Positions 9,537-19,462 of a stretch of 64,000 nt of DNA are shown in pieces. The position numbers and the translations under genes were made by a program. The first letter of the stretch is position 1, and each line of letters begins with the position of its first letter. The DNA comes from Acholeplasmataceae bacterium (GTDB lineage: Bacteria; Bacillota_I; Bacilli_A; Acholeplasmatales; Acholeplasmataceae): contig OY763415.1 in NCBI GenBank assembly GCA_963667565.1, forward strand, positions 480,001 to 544,000, read 5' to 3'. The notes beneath the pieces are model-generated. The model ran no database searches. It had not been told where the DNA came from and saw only the letters and a list, made by a program, of their open reading frames with translations.

Positions 9537-9998
9537 ATGGCATTTGAATATATAATTTGGGGGCTAATTGGTATGACAACTTTGGGATTGGTCCTTTCCT
9601 TAACACAATTAAAGCTTTATTTGATAAAGAAAAAAGTTTTCGAAATGAATCCATTTGAAGCAAAAGAAATCGTCATTAGATTTATTGCAAGTATGACAGT
9701 TTTATTGACCATTGTATGGTGGTTTGTATTACTTATTTTCCAAGTGTATACAAATGAAGTATCAAGTGTTGGTTATAACATAGCCGTGATGCTAATCATC
9801 ATTCCTGTATTAACTTTTGCAATGTACTTTCTTTTCACTTTTGTTCAAAAAATCATCGAAAAAAGTTTTCAAATCAAAGTCATAGAAACTAAAGGTATTA
9901 CGTTTATACGTAGTATTACTTTAGTCGCGTCTTTAATTTATGCTTCAATGATCAATTATGGTGTTCAGCTGATTTTTATTATACTCAATCAATCATAG
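9537..9998 (+). CDS. Hypothetical membrane protein (about 4 TM)
   Basis: RBS AAGGAG; four hydrophobic stretches; no terminator seen between it and the precursor gene. Confidence 0.7.
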   Translation: MAFEYIIWGLIGMTTLGLVLSLTQLKLYLIKKKVFEMNPFEAKEIVIRFIASMTVLLTIVWWFVLLIFQVYTNEVSSVGYNIAVMLIIIPVLTFAMYFLFTFVQKIIEKSFQIKVIETKGITFIRSITLVASLIYASMINYGVQLIFIILNQS

Positions 9999-10010
9999 GA
10001 GGATATTTGG

Positions 10011-10430
10011 ATGAGAAGTTTACTTAAAACACTTTTTTCAGGAACATTTATTACATTAATCATCACAAAGTGGGATTTGCTTGTCGGTTTTTTCAACGTC
10101 CAAAATGCATTTTCCGAAGATTCAGATTTATTGATTAAATTAGGTGGCATGATTGGATATACAATTTTCATTGTATTTGCATTCATTGTCCAAGGTTCAC
10201 AAATTAGAAACTTAATTCATGTAAATAAACAAAAAGGTATGATTTTAAATATTGCATTTATAGTATTAACAATTCTCTTTTTAGCTTATATTGCAATTGA
10301 TTTCACTTTGCAAGTCGCACTTATAAATTTAATGCTTTATTTATTAGTCGTATCCATATTTGATTTTATTGGTGAGAGAGTGATGCTTACAACGAAAGCT
10401 CATAAATCTCATCCCAAAACCATTATTTAA
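10011..10430 (+). CDS. Hypothetical membrane protein (about 4 TM)
   Basis: RBS AGGAGG; four hydrophobic stretches. Confidence 0.7.
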   Translation: MRSLLKTLFSGTFITLIITKWDLLVGFFNVQNAFSEDSDLLIKLGGMIGYTIFIVFAFIVQGSQIRNLIHVNKQKGMILNIAFIVLTILFLAYIAIDFTLQVALINLMLYLLVVSIFDFIGERVMLTTKAHKSHPKTII

Positions 10431-10457
10431 AAAAGAACATCCTTTTGGATGTTTTTT
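10431..10457 (+). terminator. Intrinsic terminator closing the precursor operon
   Basis: AACATCC-TTTT-GGATGTT followed by a T tract. Confidence 0.75.
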
Positions 10458-10519
10458 AATACACTTTATTTGAAACATTTCATATATAGATGTATGCTAA
10501 TAATAGAGGAGTTGATCAT

Positions 10520-11062
10520 ATGAATTTAGATGTATTAATCAAAGGAAGAGTTAGTCAAAAAACATATATAGAAAGAGAAGTTGATTTAAATCTTATAAAA
10601 GAACTTATCAATATTGCTATCTATGCGCCTAATCATAAAATGAGAGAGCCATGGGATTTCTTATTTATGGATCAAAAAGGTAAACAAGTCTTTAAAGAAG
10701 CTTACTTAAATACATTAAGTGAAATAAAAAAAGAGGATATAGAACCTAAGCTTGACAAAATTTATAAAGCACCACTATTGATGTTTGTCTTAATGAAGAC
10801 AAGTGATGATTTTGATCAAGAATTAGAAGATTTGCAAGCAAATGCTGCAATGATTCAAAACTTTATGCTTCTTGCTGAAGAAAAGGGGTTGAGTACACAC
10901 TGGAAAACTCCTGGATTTATAAAAACAGATAATTTTAAAGAAGTGCTAAATTTACCATTAGGTTATATTATTACTGGTATCATTATGATTGGATATGCAG
11001 ATCAAAAAAACAAACCTAAAGAAAGAAAGACAATAGAAATATTAAACTTTTATAAAGGATGA
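10520..11062 (+). CDS. Nitroreductase family protein (YdjA/YfhC-like)
   Basis: APNHKMREPW and AMIQNFMLLA...GLSTHWKT; RBS AGAGGAG. Confidence 0.85.
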   Translation: MNLDVLIKGRVSQKTYIEREVDLNLIKELINIAIYAPNHKMREPWDFLFMDQKGKQVFKEAYLNTLSEIKKEDIEPKLDKIYKAPLLMFVLMKTSDDFDQELEDLQANAAMIQNFMLLAEEKGLSTHWKTPGFIKTDNFKEVLNLPLGYIITGIIMIGYADQKNKPKERKTIEILNFYKG

Positions 11063-11069
11063 AGATTAT

Positions 11070-11579
11070 ATGGAAAATAAGCGACTTAATTTAATGTATC
11101 AATTTGGATTATTATTTATATTGTTATCCTTATTAGCTTTGCTTATTTTACCCGTAGTTTATTTGCCACTAAATAATCCGATTCGATTATCTATATATGA
11201 AGTCATGTTTGGATCAACCATAAATTTTTTAGGGCTTAATTATCAAATTTTTACATTAAGTCCTATGATATGTTTCATTGTATTTTTATTATTAGCAAAT
11301 ATTTTTCTTTTACTAATGGTATCTAAACAAAGAGAACAAGCAAAACTCATGATTATATTCTCGCTTATGATTAATCTCATTCTTGCTGGTTTGATCATCA
11401 ACCTTTCATATTTTTTGGTTGAGGGTGCAGATTACTTAGCATTTGTGTGGATATCTGGACTTGCTACACAAAGTGTGAGTGAAGTAATTAGTTATGGTAG
11501 CATTATTTCATCAGCAATGCTCGGATTTAGTTTTGTTTCATTATTATTTTTCCTAATTAAAGATAAAAATTTAAAATGA
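11070..11579 (+). CDS. Hypothetical membrane protein
   Basis: 169 aa with four hydrophobic segments. Confidence 0.6.
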   Translation: MENKRLNLMYQFGLLFILLSLLALLILPVVYLPLNNPIRLSIYEVMFGSTINFLGLNYQIFTLSPMICFIVFLLLANIFLLLMVSKQREQAKLMIIFSLMINLILAGLIINLSYFLVEGADYLAFVWISGLATQSVSEVISYGSIISSAMLGFSFVSLLFFLIKDKNLK

Positions 11580-11623
11580 AAAGTGCGAAAGTACTTTTTA
11601 TTTTATGTAAAACAACAATAATA

Positions 11624-11678
11624 TATCGATAAACGATAAAAAATAGTTGACAAACAATAAAAATGTTGTTATGATAAT
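11624..11678 (+). promoter_or_regulatory. Promoter with tandem palindromic operators, probably bound by the downstream Xre regulator
   Basis: TATCG-N5-CGATA (11624-11638) and the related AGTTG-N5-CAATA (11645-11659), which overlaps TTGACA; -10-like TATGAT/GATAAT follows. Confidence 0.55.
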
Positions 11679-11696
11679 AATAAAGAGGTGATTTAA

Positions 11697-12296
11697 ATGG
11701 AACAAACATTTAATAAAAATAAGTATGCAGGATTTATAAAGGTCGTACAAGTTATTGTGAAAGTAGTCATGATCTTCTTGTATGTGATTTTGGGATTTGT
11801 TGCTCTAGGATTTGTAGCATCACTCATTATTCCAAATCAATTTTTAGAATTTGATTTATCTGTATTTAGTCAATATGATTTTCAAGGTATTAATATTATC
11901 AATGCAATTGATCCAACATTGTTAGAAAGAACAGTCAATCTAAAACGTGTGATGATCGTCATGTTCTTTGTTGCAAGTTTAAATTTAGGTTTTGCACAAT
12001 TTATATTAATTCATATCAATAAGCTACTTAAGAATGTTAAAGAAGAACCATTCAATGCACAAAACAGTATTATCTTAAGAAATTTAGGTATTGGGTATGT
12101 TATTAGTGGTATTGTTATTTCATTATTTAATGAGTTTTTAAGAGTTATTGTAGTACGTACGATTGATATTTTTGATACTAATTTTGATATTAGATTAAAT
12201 TGGCAATACATATTTATTGGTGTGCTCATTCTTATTTTAGGTTATATTTTCAGTTACGGTTCATATCTTCAGGAAGAACACGATCAAACGGTTTAA
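11697..12296 (+). CDS. DUF2975-family membrane protein
   Basis: EPFNAQN..ILRNLG and IFSYGSYLQEEHDQTV C-terminus; paired with an Xre gene. Confidence 0.8.
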   Translation: MEQTFNKNKYAGFIKVVQVIVKVVMIFLYVILGFVALGFVASLIIPNQFLEFDLSVFSQYDFQGINIINAIDPTLLERTVNLKRVMIVMFFVASLNLGFAQFILIHINKLLKNVKEEPFNAQNSIILRNLGIGYVISGIVISLFNEFLRVIVVRTIDIFDTNFDIRLNWQYIFIGVLILILGYIFSYGSYLQEEHDQTV

Positions 12297-12297
12297 T

Positions 12298-12516
12298 ATG
12301 CCAATCATTATAAGATTAGATCGCATATTAGCAGATCAAAAGATGCAGTTATCAGAGCTTGCAGAAAAAGTTGATATTAGCCTTGCTAACTTATCAAACT
12401 TAAAAACTGGTAAAGTTAAAGCCATAAGATTTTCCACATTAGAACGTATTTGTGAAATCTTATCATGTCAACCTGGAGATATATTAGAATATACAACTGA
12501 AAATGAAAATATATAA
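12298..12516 (+). CDS. Xre/Cro HTH regulator (YozG-like)
   Basis: MPIIIRLDRILAD...LSNLKTGKVKAIRFSTL...CQPGDILEY. Confidence 0.88.
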   Translation: MPIIIRLDRILADQKMQLSELAEKVDISLANLSNLKTGKVKAIRFSTLERICEILSCQPGDILEYTTENENI

Positions 12517-12591
12517 AAAGTATGGAAACATACTTTTTTATTTGTAAAGAATAAGTGAGATTATGTTTAAATATCGTTTTCAAAAACAAAA

Positions 12592-12623
12592 TTGTTGACA
12601 AAACAACAAAATTCGTGGATAAT
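12592..12623 (+). promoter_or_regulatory. Promoter of the ABC-exporter/MarR operon with an overlapping palindromic operator
   Basis: TTGTTG-ACAAAA-CAACAA dyad overlapping TTGACA-N17-GATAAT. Confidence 0.6.
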
Positions 12624-12654
12624 AAATCTCGTATAAACTATGAAGAGGTGAACT

Positions 12655-14439
12655 ATGTTAAAAGTATTTAAGTATTTAAAATGGTATCACTGGGTATTCT
12701 TATTAATTATGGTCGGATTTATTTATCTCCAAGTGAGAATGGATCTAATTCTACCTGAAAAAATTGGGAATATCACAACGACCATTTTCACAGGTGTTAC
12801 AACCAATACAAATGTGACCAAAGATATTTTAAATGACGGTGTCATTATGTTAGTCGTATCTTTAGTCTCAATCGCATCAACGATTATTGCAAGTTATATT
12901 GCAACTAGAGTTGGTACAAAAGTTGCGAGCACAGTAAGAAGAGAATTATATAAACAAGTCCAAGATTTTTCAACTGCTGAAATCAATCATTTTTCAACAC
13001 CAAGTTTAATTACGCGTTCAACAAATGATATTCAACAAGTTCAAATGGCACTTATATTTATGTTAAGACTTTTAGTTACTGCACCTATTACTGCAACGCT
13101 TGCAATTTTAAAAGTTATAAATTTAAATGTTTCATTAACGATGGTTATTGTTGTTGCTGTTGCAGCAATCATTTTTCAAATTTTGATTATTTTCAGTTTA
13201 GTGGGTAAGAAGTTTACATTATTACAAACTCAAATTGATGATTTAAATCAAATTACAAGAGAAACATTGACTGGTATTAGAGTCGTTAGAGCACATAATG
13301 CAGAAGATGCTCAAGCTTCTAAATTTGATCAAGTTAATACTAAACTTACAAAAACACAATTATTTGTTAATACAGTATTCAGTTTTATGAATCCTGGTAT
13401 GGCAATCATTATGAATGGTGTGAGTTTAGGAGTAGTACTTATTTCTGCGCTTTTACTAAATGATGGAACACTCGGTTCATCACCTGTTGATGGATTAGGT
13501 ATCATGATGCAATTCACATCATATGGAATGATGATTTTATTCAGTTTTATGATGCTTATTATGTTGTTTATTTTCTTACCAAGAGCTGTTGTTTCTGCAA
13601 GACGTATTTTAGAAGTTATTGATACACCTTATTCAATTAGTGAAGCTTTAAAAGATGATGCACTTTCTGTCGATTTTGTTTTAAAACAAGATGTATCTAT
13701 TGAATTTATTAATGTATCATTTAAATATCCAAATGCTCAAGAAGAAGTACTTAAAAATATTTCATTTAAAGCAACTAAGGGTCAAACATTAGCCTTTATT
13801 GGATCAACAGGGTCTGGTAAGTCAACCATTATTCAGTTGATGCTAAGATTTTATGATGTGACAAGTGGAGAGATTCTAGTCAATGGTAAAGATATTAAAA
13901 AATATCCACTCCATACACTTTATCAACTAATGGGATACGTTCCTCAAAAGGGATTGTTATTCTCAGGTGATGTACTATCTAACTTGCAAATTTCTAAAGT
14001 TGATGCAACTGAAGATGATGCACTTGAAGCACTGGATACTGCTCAAATCAAATCATTTATCGAATCTTCTGAAGAAGGTATTCATCACAGAATTGATCAA
14101 GGTGGTAACAATGTTTCAGGTGGTCAAAAACAAAGACTTTCAATTGCTAGAGCGTTAATTAGAAATCCAAAAATATACATCTTCGATGACTCATTTAGTG
14201 CACTTGATTATCGCACAGATAAGCTCTTAAGAGATGCATTAAAAGATAAAACGAAACAAGCTTTAAAAGTCATTGTTGGTCAAAGAATTGGTACCATTAT
14301 GGACTCAGATCAAATCATCGTCCTTGATCAAGGTGAAATTGTTGGTAAAGGTAAACATAAAGAACTTCTTGAAACATGTGAACCATATCAACAAATTGCA
14401 TTTGCACAATTAAGTAAGGAGGAACTTGCACGTGGCTAA
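12655..14439 (+). CDS. Heterodimeric multidrug-type ABC exporter, subunit A
   Basis: TM domain plus GSTGSGKS, VSGGQKQ and a degenerate Walker B IFDD. Confidence 0.9.
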   Translation: MLKVFKYLKWYHWVFLLIMVGFIYLQVRMDLILPEKIGNITTTIFTGVTTNTNVTKDILNDGVIMLVVSLVSIASTIIASYIATRVGTKVASTVRRELYKQVQDFSTAEINHFSTPSLITRSTNDIQQVQMALIFMLRLLVTAPITATLAILKVINLNVSLTMVIVVAVAAIIFQILIIFSLVGKKFTLLQTQIDDLNQITRETLTGIRVVRAHNAEDAQASKFDQVNTKLTKTQLFVNTVFSFMNPGMAIIMNGVSLGVVLISALLLNDGTLGSSPVDGLGIMMQFTSYGMMILFSFMMLIMLFIFLPRAVVSARRILEVIDTPYSISEALKDDALSVDFVLKQDVSIEFINVSFKYPNAQEEVLKNISFKATKGQTLAFIGSTGSGKSTIIQLMLRFYDVTSGEILVNGKDIKKYPLHTLYQLMGYVPQKGLLFSGDVLSNLQISKVDATEDDALEALDTAQIKSFIESSEEGIHHRIDQGGNNVSGGQKQRLSIARALIRNPKIYIFDDSFSALDYRTDKLLRDALKDKTKQALKVIVGQRIGTIMDSDQIIVLDQGEIVGKGKHKELLETCEPYQQIAFAQLSKEELARG

Positions 14440-16285
14440 ATCAGAAAACACAAGAGGACCTAGAATGCATGGTCCTGGTGCAGGAATGGTTGGGCAAAAG
14501 CCTAAATCATTTAAAAAATCTCTTGTACAACTTACTTCTTATTTAAAACCTTATACAGTAGTTTTAATTTTCGTCTTATTCTTTGCTATTCTTTCAACTA
14601 TTTTTAATATCATTGGACCTAAACAAGTTGGGGAAATGACAAATATTATTCAAAATGGTATAGAGGATGCATATAAAGCTTTCGCGATGGGATTAAATCC
14701 GTCACTCATTGTTAATATTGATCTAGATGCGATATTAAAAATTGTTTATTTACTTGTGACATTATATGTATTAAGTTTTATCTTTAATTTATTACAAGGT
14801 ATTATGATTGCAAGAACTACTCAAAAGATTACGAAACAATTAAGAAAAGATATATTTACTAAAATTGAAAAATTACCACTTAAGTATTTTGATCAAACAA
14901 GTTATGGTGATACACTTAGTAGAATGACGAATGATGTTGACTTAATTGGTCAAACACTTAATAGTTCAATTAGCCAATTTACAACATCTGTAACTATGAT
15001 TTTCGGTATTATCTTTATGATCTTTACAATTGATTGGAAAATTGCTTTAATTATTATTGCAATGCTTCCAATATCAATGGTTTTAATTGCACTCATCATG
15101 AAAAAATCTCAAAAATACTTTAGAGCACAACGTCAAGTATTAGGAGATCTTAATGGACATATTGAAGAAAGTTTTTCAGGACAACAAGTGCTTAAGGTTT
15201 ATCAAGCTGAAGATCGTTTCTTACAAACATTTGATAAAAGTAATGAAGCATTTTTAGAAACTTCATGGAAGAGTCAATTCTTATCAGGATTAATGATGCC
15301 AATTATGAGCTTTGTTGGTAACTTAAGTTATGTAGTTATTGCAGTTGTCGGTGCGATTTTCGCAGTTAATGGAAACCTTCAAATAGGGAATATCCAATCG
15401 CTTTTAATGTATAACAGACGTTTAAATCAACCGCTTGGTACAGTTGCTCAAAGTATGACACAAATTCAGTCATCACTTGCAGCAAGTGAACGTGTATTTG
15501 ATTTCTTAAAAGAAGAAGAGCTAGAAATTGAAAAGGATACAACTAAACCTAATAAAGTTAAAGGTTCAGTATCATTTGAACATGTGAAATTTGGATACGA
15601 ACCAAACAAAACAATTATTCATGATTTTAGTTTAGAAGTTAAACCAGGTCAAAAAGTTGCTATTGTTGGGCCAACAGGAGCTGGTAAGACAACACTTGTT
15701 AATTTGATCATGAGATTCTATGAAATTGAAGCTGGAAAAATTAAAATTGATGGTGTAGATACAAAACGCATGTCAAGACATGATGTCCATCAACTATTTG
15801 GTATGGTTCTACAAGATACTTGGTTATTCCAAGGTACAATCAAAGATAATTTAAGATATGGTAGACCAGATGCAACTGATGAAGAAGTGATAAAAGCTGC
15901 AAAAGCTGCAAACATTGACCACTTCATTAAATCGTTACCATTTGGATATGATATGGTCTTAGATGAAAATAGTAGTATTTCACAAGGTCAAAGACAATTA
16001 TTAACCATCGCAAGAGCTATGGTAAGTAATGCACCAATGCTCATCTTAGATGAGGCAACTTCTTCAGTTGATGTTAGAACTGAAATTCTTATTCAAGAAG
16101 CAATGGATGAACTAATGAAAGGCAGAACAACTTTTGTTATTGCACATAGATTATCAACCATTAAAAATGCTGATGTTATTTTAGTCTTAAAAGATGGTAA
16201 TGTTGTTGAAACTGGTAATCATGAATCTTTACTTGCAGCCAATGGTTTCTATGCAGATCTTTACAACAGTCAGTTTGAACTTTAA
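14432..16285 (+). CDS. Heterodimeric multidrug-type ABC exporter, subunit B
   Basis: GPTGAGKT, ISQGQRQ, LILDEATS and IAHRL; GTG start 9 nt after AAGGAGG. Confidence 0.9.
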   Translation: MAKSENTRGPRMHGPGAGMVGQKPKSFKKSLVQLTSYLKPYTVVLIFVLFFAILSTIFNIIGPKQVGEMTNIIQNGIEDAYKAFAMGLNPSLIVNIDLDAILKIVYLLVTLYVLSFIFNLLQGIMIARTTQKITKQLRKDIFTKIEKLPLKYFDQTSYGDTLSRMTNDVDLIGQTLNSSISQFTTSVTMIFGIIFMIFTIDWKIALIIIAMLPISMVLIALIMKKSQKYFRAQRQVLGDLNGHIEESFSGQQVLKVYQAEDRFLQTFDKSNEAFLETSWKSQFLSGLMMPIMSFVGNLSYVVIAVVGAIFAVNGNLQIGNIQSLLMYNRRLNQPLGTVAQSMTQIQSSLAASERVFDFLKEEELEIEKDTTKPNKVKGSVSFEHVKFGYEPNKTIIHDFSLEVKPGQKVAIVGPTGAGKTTLVNLIMRFYEIEAGKIKIDGVDTKRMSRHDVHQLFGMVLQDTWLFQGTIKDNLRYGRPDATDEEVIKAAKAANIDHFIKSLPFGYDMVLDENSSISQGQRQLLTIARAMVSNAPMLILDEATSSVDVRTEILIQEAMDELMKGRTTFVIAHRLSTIKNADVILVLKDGNVVETGNHESLLAANGFYADLYNSQFEL

Positions 16286-16287
16286 TC

Positions 16288-16707
16288 ATGAAACAAAGAG
16301 ATATTACATTTATTCCTGTTATGTTTCATCAAATTCAAAAGAAAATGATGGAAAAGCATGAAAAGATTATGGAAACATATGATCTTACAAAAAAACATGT
16401 CCCATTCTTTATGATTTTATCGAAATTTCCTGATGGTATTACGCAACAAGAATTATCAGAAAAAATGCATATGGACAAAGGACATACTTCAAGAACTTTA
16501 AGAGAACTTGAGGACAAAGGATATGTTGAAAAATTAGGTGAGAGTGCTTATAAAAATAAGTACAAAATATCACAAAAAGGTCTTGATGTTCAGTTTAACG
16601 TTAAAAAAGAGAATCAAGAAATTATTAAAACAGTACTAGAAGTACTGACTGAAGAAGAACTTGAATCTTTTGAAAGAATTATGAGAAAAATAACTGAAGC
16701 TATATAA
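16288..16707 (+). CDS. MarR-family regulator
   Basis: GITQQELS...DKGHTSRTLRELEDKGYV winged HTH. Confidence 0.88.
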   Translation: MKQRDITFIPVMFHQIQKKMMEKHEKIMETYDLTKKHVPFFMILSKFPDGITQQELSEKMHMDKGHTSRTLRELEDKGYVEKLGESAYKNKYKISQKGLDVQFNVKKENQEIIKTVLEVLTEEELESFERIMRKITEAI

Positions 16708-16740
16708 AAAAGAAAACCATTCAATCGAATGGTTTTTTTC

Positions 16741-17229
16741 TTATATAAGTTTAAATGATTCAATGACTACATCATCAATGGGTTTATCTTGAAATCCTGT
16801 TGGTGTACTCGCAATCAAATCAACAATTTCTATTCCTTTTGTGACAGCACCAAATGCAGCATATTGCCCATCTAAATGTGGTGCATCTTTATGCATGATA
16901 AAGAATTGTGAAGAAGCAGAATTTGGATTTGAGGTTCTTGCCATAGATAGGACACCTCTAGAGTGTAGTAAAGGATTTATAAATCCATTTTGAGTGAATT
17001 CACCTTTGATTGGATCAATTGGTTTTCCCCATCCGCCTTGAATCATAAAATTTTTAATGATTCTGTGAAACGTAAGATTTTCAAAAAAATTGTTGTTGAT
17101 AAGACCTAAAAAGTTCTCAACAGTTTTAGGTGCTACACTAGGAAATAATTGTATTTCGATTGTGCCAAAATGCTTAACCTTAAGTTCTAAGGTTGGGTTT
17201 GTTTCGTTTATTAATTCAGTAAAATGCAT
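16741..17229 (-). CDS. Cyclophilin-type peptidyl-prolyl isomerase
   Basis: APKTVENF, FHRIIKNFMIQGG, LSMAR, SQFFI and HLDGQYAAFG. Confidence 0.92.
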   Translation of the reverse strand: MHFTELINETNPTLELKVKHFGTIEIQLFPSVAPKTVENFLGLINNNFFENLTFHRIIKNFMIQGGWGKPIDPIKGEFTQNGFINPLLHSRGVLSMARTSNPNSASSQFFIMHKDAPHLDGQYAAFGAVTKGIEIVDLIASTPTGFQDKPIDDVVIESFKLI

Positions 17230-17277
17230 ATGATTACCTCCATTTTAATTGATTTCTATCATATTATATCATAATGT

Positions 17278-18195
17278 TTAGCCTTCAATCATATAATCAG
17301 TTTTAGATAAATAAGATTGAAAACGAACTGTTCCATAAACGCCTAATAAAATCATAAATGCTCCAATGAAATGATATATTGCTAAATGTTCATGCAAGAA
17401 AATCATGCCTGCAATCATCGCAATAACAGTAGATATATTGGTATAAATACTTGAAACATGTGCAGGTAGATGTTTAAGAGAATAACTGACTAAAAAGAAG
17501 CCACCAATGGATGCTATTGAACCTAAATATAAAATTGGTAAGAGTAATTGAATATGACCTAAATTGGTGATATATGTGTCTAACTGATTTCCGCTAATTA
17601 AACTTGCAATATATAGGATATTAAATGTGATAGCACCCATAGAAATCATAAAAAATGTAGAGGTAATAGGTGTAATTGTTTTTGTGATGTGTCTAGTAGT
17701 GATATTGAAAAAGCTGGCTGCAAGTACGGCTATGAATAGTAGTACAAATCCAATCCATTGATCGCTTGCATGTGATATTTCATTTAATTGAATGACAATA
17801 ACACCACTTACACTTAATATAATAAATAGATATTGAATAGGTTTTGGTTTTTCTTTTAAGATTATCCCACTTAAAATCGTAACAAAAATAGGTATGATTG
17901 CAATCATCAAACCTGCTTCACCACTTCCAATGTATTGTAAGCCATATGTTTCACCTAAAAAGTATATGACAGGTTGAAACAAGGCTGAAAGAAGCATATA
18001 TTTGATCATATGCTTCTTTATTTCAATTTTAATAATTTTTAAAGATATTAATAATAAAAATATGATCCATGCAAGTAAAAAACGATATGCAATAAGACCA
18101 AGAGGAGTCACATAGAGAAGTGCTGTTTTTGAAAATAAGAATGATAATCCAAAAATAGTTGCAAACCCTATGCCAGATAAATGTTTTAGTTTCAT
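17278..18195 (-). CDS. DMT/EamA-family transporter
   Basis: Ten TM segments in two repeats; IFGLSFLFSK and FLHEHL. Confidence 0.85.
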   Translation of the reverse strand: MKLKHLSGIGFATIFGLSFLFSKTALLYVTPLGLIAYRFLLAWIIFLLLISLKIIKIEIKKHMIKYMLLSALFQPVIYFLGETYGLQYIGSGEAGLMIAIIPIFVTILSGIILKEKPKPIQYLFIILSVSGVIVIQLNEISHASDQWIGFVLLFIAVLAASFFNITTRHITKTITPITSTFFMISMGAITFNILYIASLISGNQLDTYITNLGHIQLLLPILYLGSIASIGGFFLVSYSLKHLPAHVSSIYTNISTVIAMIAGMIFLHEHLAIYHFIGAFMILLGVYGTVRFQSYLSKTDYMIEG

Positions 18196-18237
18196 ATGAT
18201 TTCCTATAAAAAAAGCGTCAATGACGCTTTTAAATGA

Positions 18238-18897
18238 TTAATTTACGTAAGGTCTTTTTTCTTCTTCAGGTGCTTCAATTTCCGGTTGTTTTTCTTTTGG
18301 TTTTGCTTTTTCTTTAGGTTTCCCTTCGTTTAATTCAAGAGAATGTGTACGATAAATGCGATATCCATTAAATCCATCATAACCTAAATAGAATGCACCA
18401 AATAGTGAGATGATTAAGAAGAAAATACCAACTAAATGATAATCAAAATTTGGTAATACTGCAATCACTGCACCTAATGTAAGAGATGCAATATGAATCC
18501 AGAACTTAGGTACTTCTGTTTTTTCTCCTAAAAAGACTACACTATTAAAGAATACGAGACCTCGTGCATAAAAGATGAAGACTAATGAGAAACGATATAC
18601 ATTTGCCCAAAAAGGTTCTTGATCTAGAGTTGTTCCCTTAGAAAATGCGATATAAGTAACAATACCACCAATAAGAACATCGAAAATAATTTCAATTAAA
18701 TTAAGTGTTCTTAATACTTCTTTATTAAGTGATTTAATGAGTGGTACAACTCTTAGTAATGAGAAGACTAAGATTGCAATCCCTGTGATTGCATAAACAA
18801 CTTCCGATGCAAATACCATATAAATACCTACACCTAATAAAATAGCTGCTAAAATGAATTTCAATAACCAACCATAACTAAATTTTGAATTTTTCAT
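18238..18897 (-). CDS. Hypothetical membrane protein (about 6 TM)
   Basis: RBS GGAGG; hydrophobic body with a charged C-terminal tail. Confidence 0.7.
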   Translation of the reverse strand: MKNSKFSYGWLLKFILAAILLGVGIYMVFASEVVYAITGIAILVFSLLRVVPLIKSLNKEVLRTLNLIEIIFDVLIGGIVTYIAFSKGTTLDQEPFWANVYRFSLVFIFYARGLVFFNSVVFLGEKTEVPKFWIHIASLTLGAVIAVLPNFDYHLVGIFFLIISLFGAFYLGYDGFNGYRIYRTHSLELNEGKPKEKAKPKEKQPEIEAPEEEKRPYVN

Positions 18898-18994
18898 GTT
18901 ATACCTCCCAAAATCAAGATTTGATTATATAATCATTATATAGCATTCAGTCATGCTTTGCAATCAAAGATATTTATATCTTTAAGGAGTTTAC

Positions 18995-19444
18995 ATGAAA
19001 CACAGAAAAAGTTTTTATATGATTATCATATGGACATGTATCATTTTTGGACAATCATTATTAAATGGTGATCTTTCATCCATGGAATCAGGTACTTTCA
19101 CAGCGTTTTTCAATCAATTATTGATGATAGTGAACATTCAAATCGATATGGATTTATTACACACCATTGTTAGAAAAACAGCGCATGTGGGTTCATATTT
19201 TATATTAGCCTTATGCTACATCTATTTTTTTATTAAAAATGAAATCAATAAAACACATCAATTCTATATGATTTTACTATACATATTAATCACTGGGCTT
19301 CTTGACGAAGGCATACAAAGTTTGATAGAGGGTAGAACTTCATCATTATATGATGTAGGTTTTGATTTTTTAGGTGGATTGATAGCAATTATATGTTTTC
19401 AGATTATAAACTTGATGTATAATAGACATGTAAAAAAAATATAG
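18995..19444 (+). CDS. VanZ-family membrane protein
   Basis: VRKTAH...Y..L and DEGIQ...GRTSS..DVGFD.LG. Confidence 0.85.
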   Translation: MKHRKSFYMIIIWTCIIFGQSLLNGDLSSMESGTFTAFFNQLLMIVNIQIDMDLLHTIVRKTAHVGSYFILALCYIYFFIKNEINKTHQFYMILLYILITGLLDEGIQSLIEGRTSSLYDVGFDFLGGLIAIICFQIINLMYNRHVKKI

Positions 19445-19462
19445 GGAATTGAGGAATAGGGC

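Noticed and set aside
9049..11062. RiPP cluster using the nitroreductase as a modifying enzyme
   Set aside because: A terminator at 10431-10457 separates the nitroreductase, and no YcaO, radical SAM, lanthipeptide or ATP-grasp enzyme is nearby.
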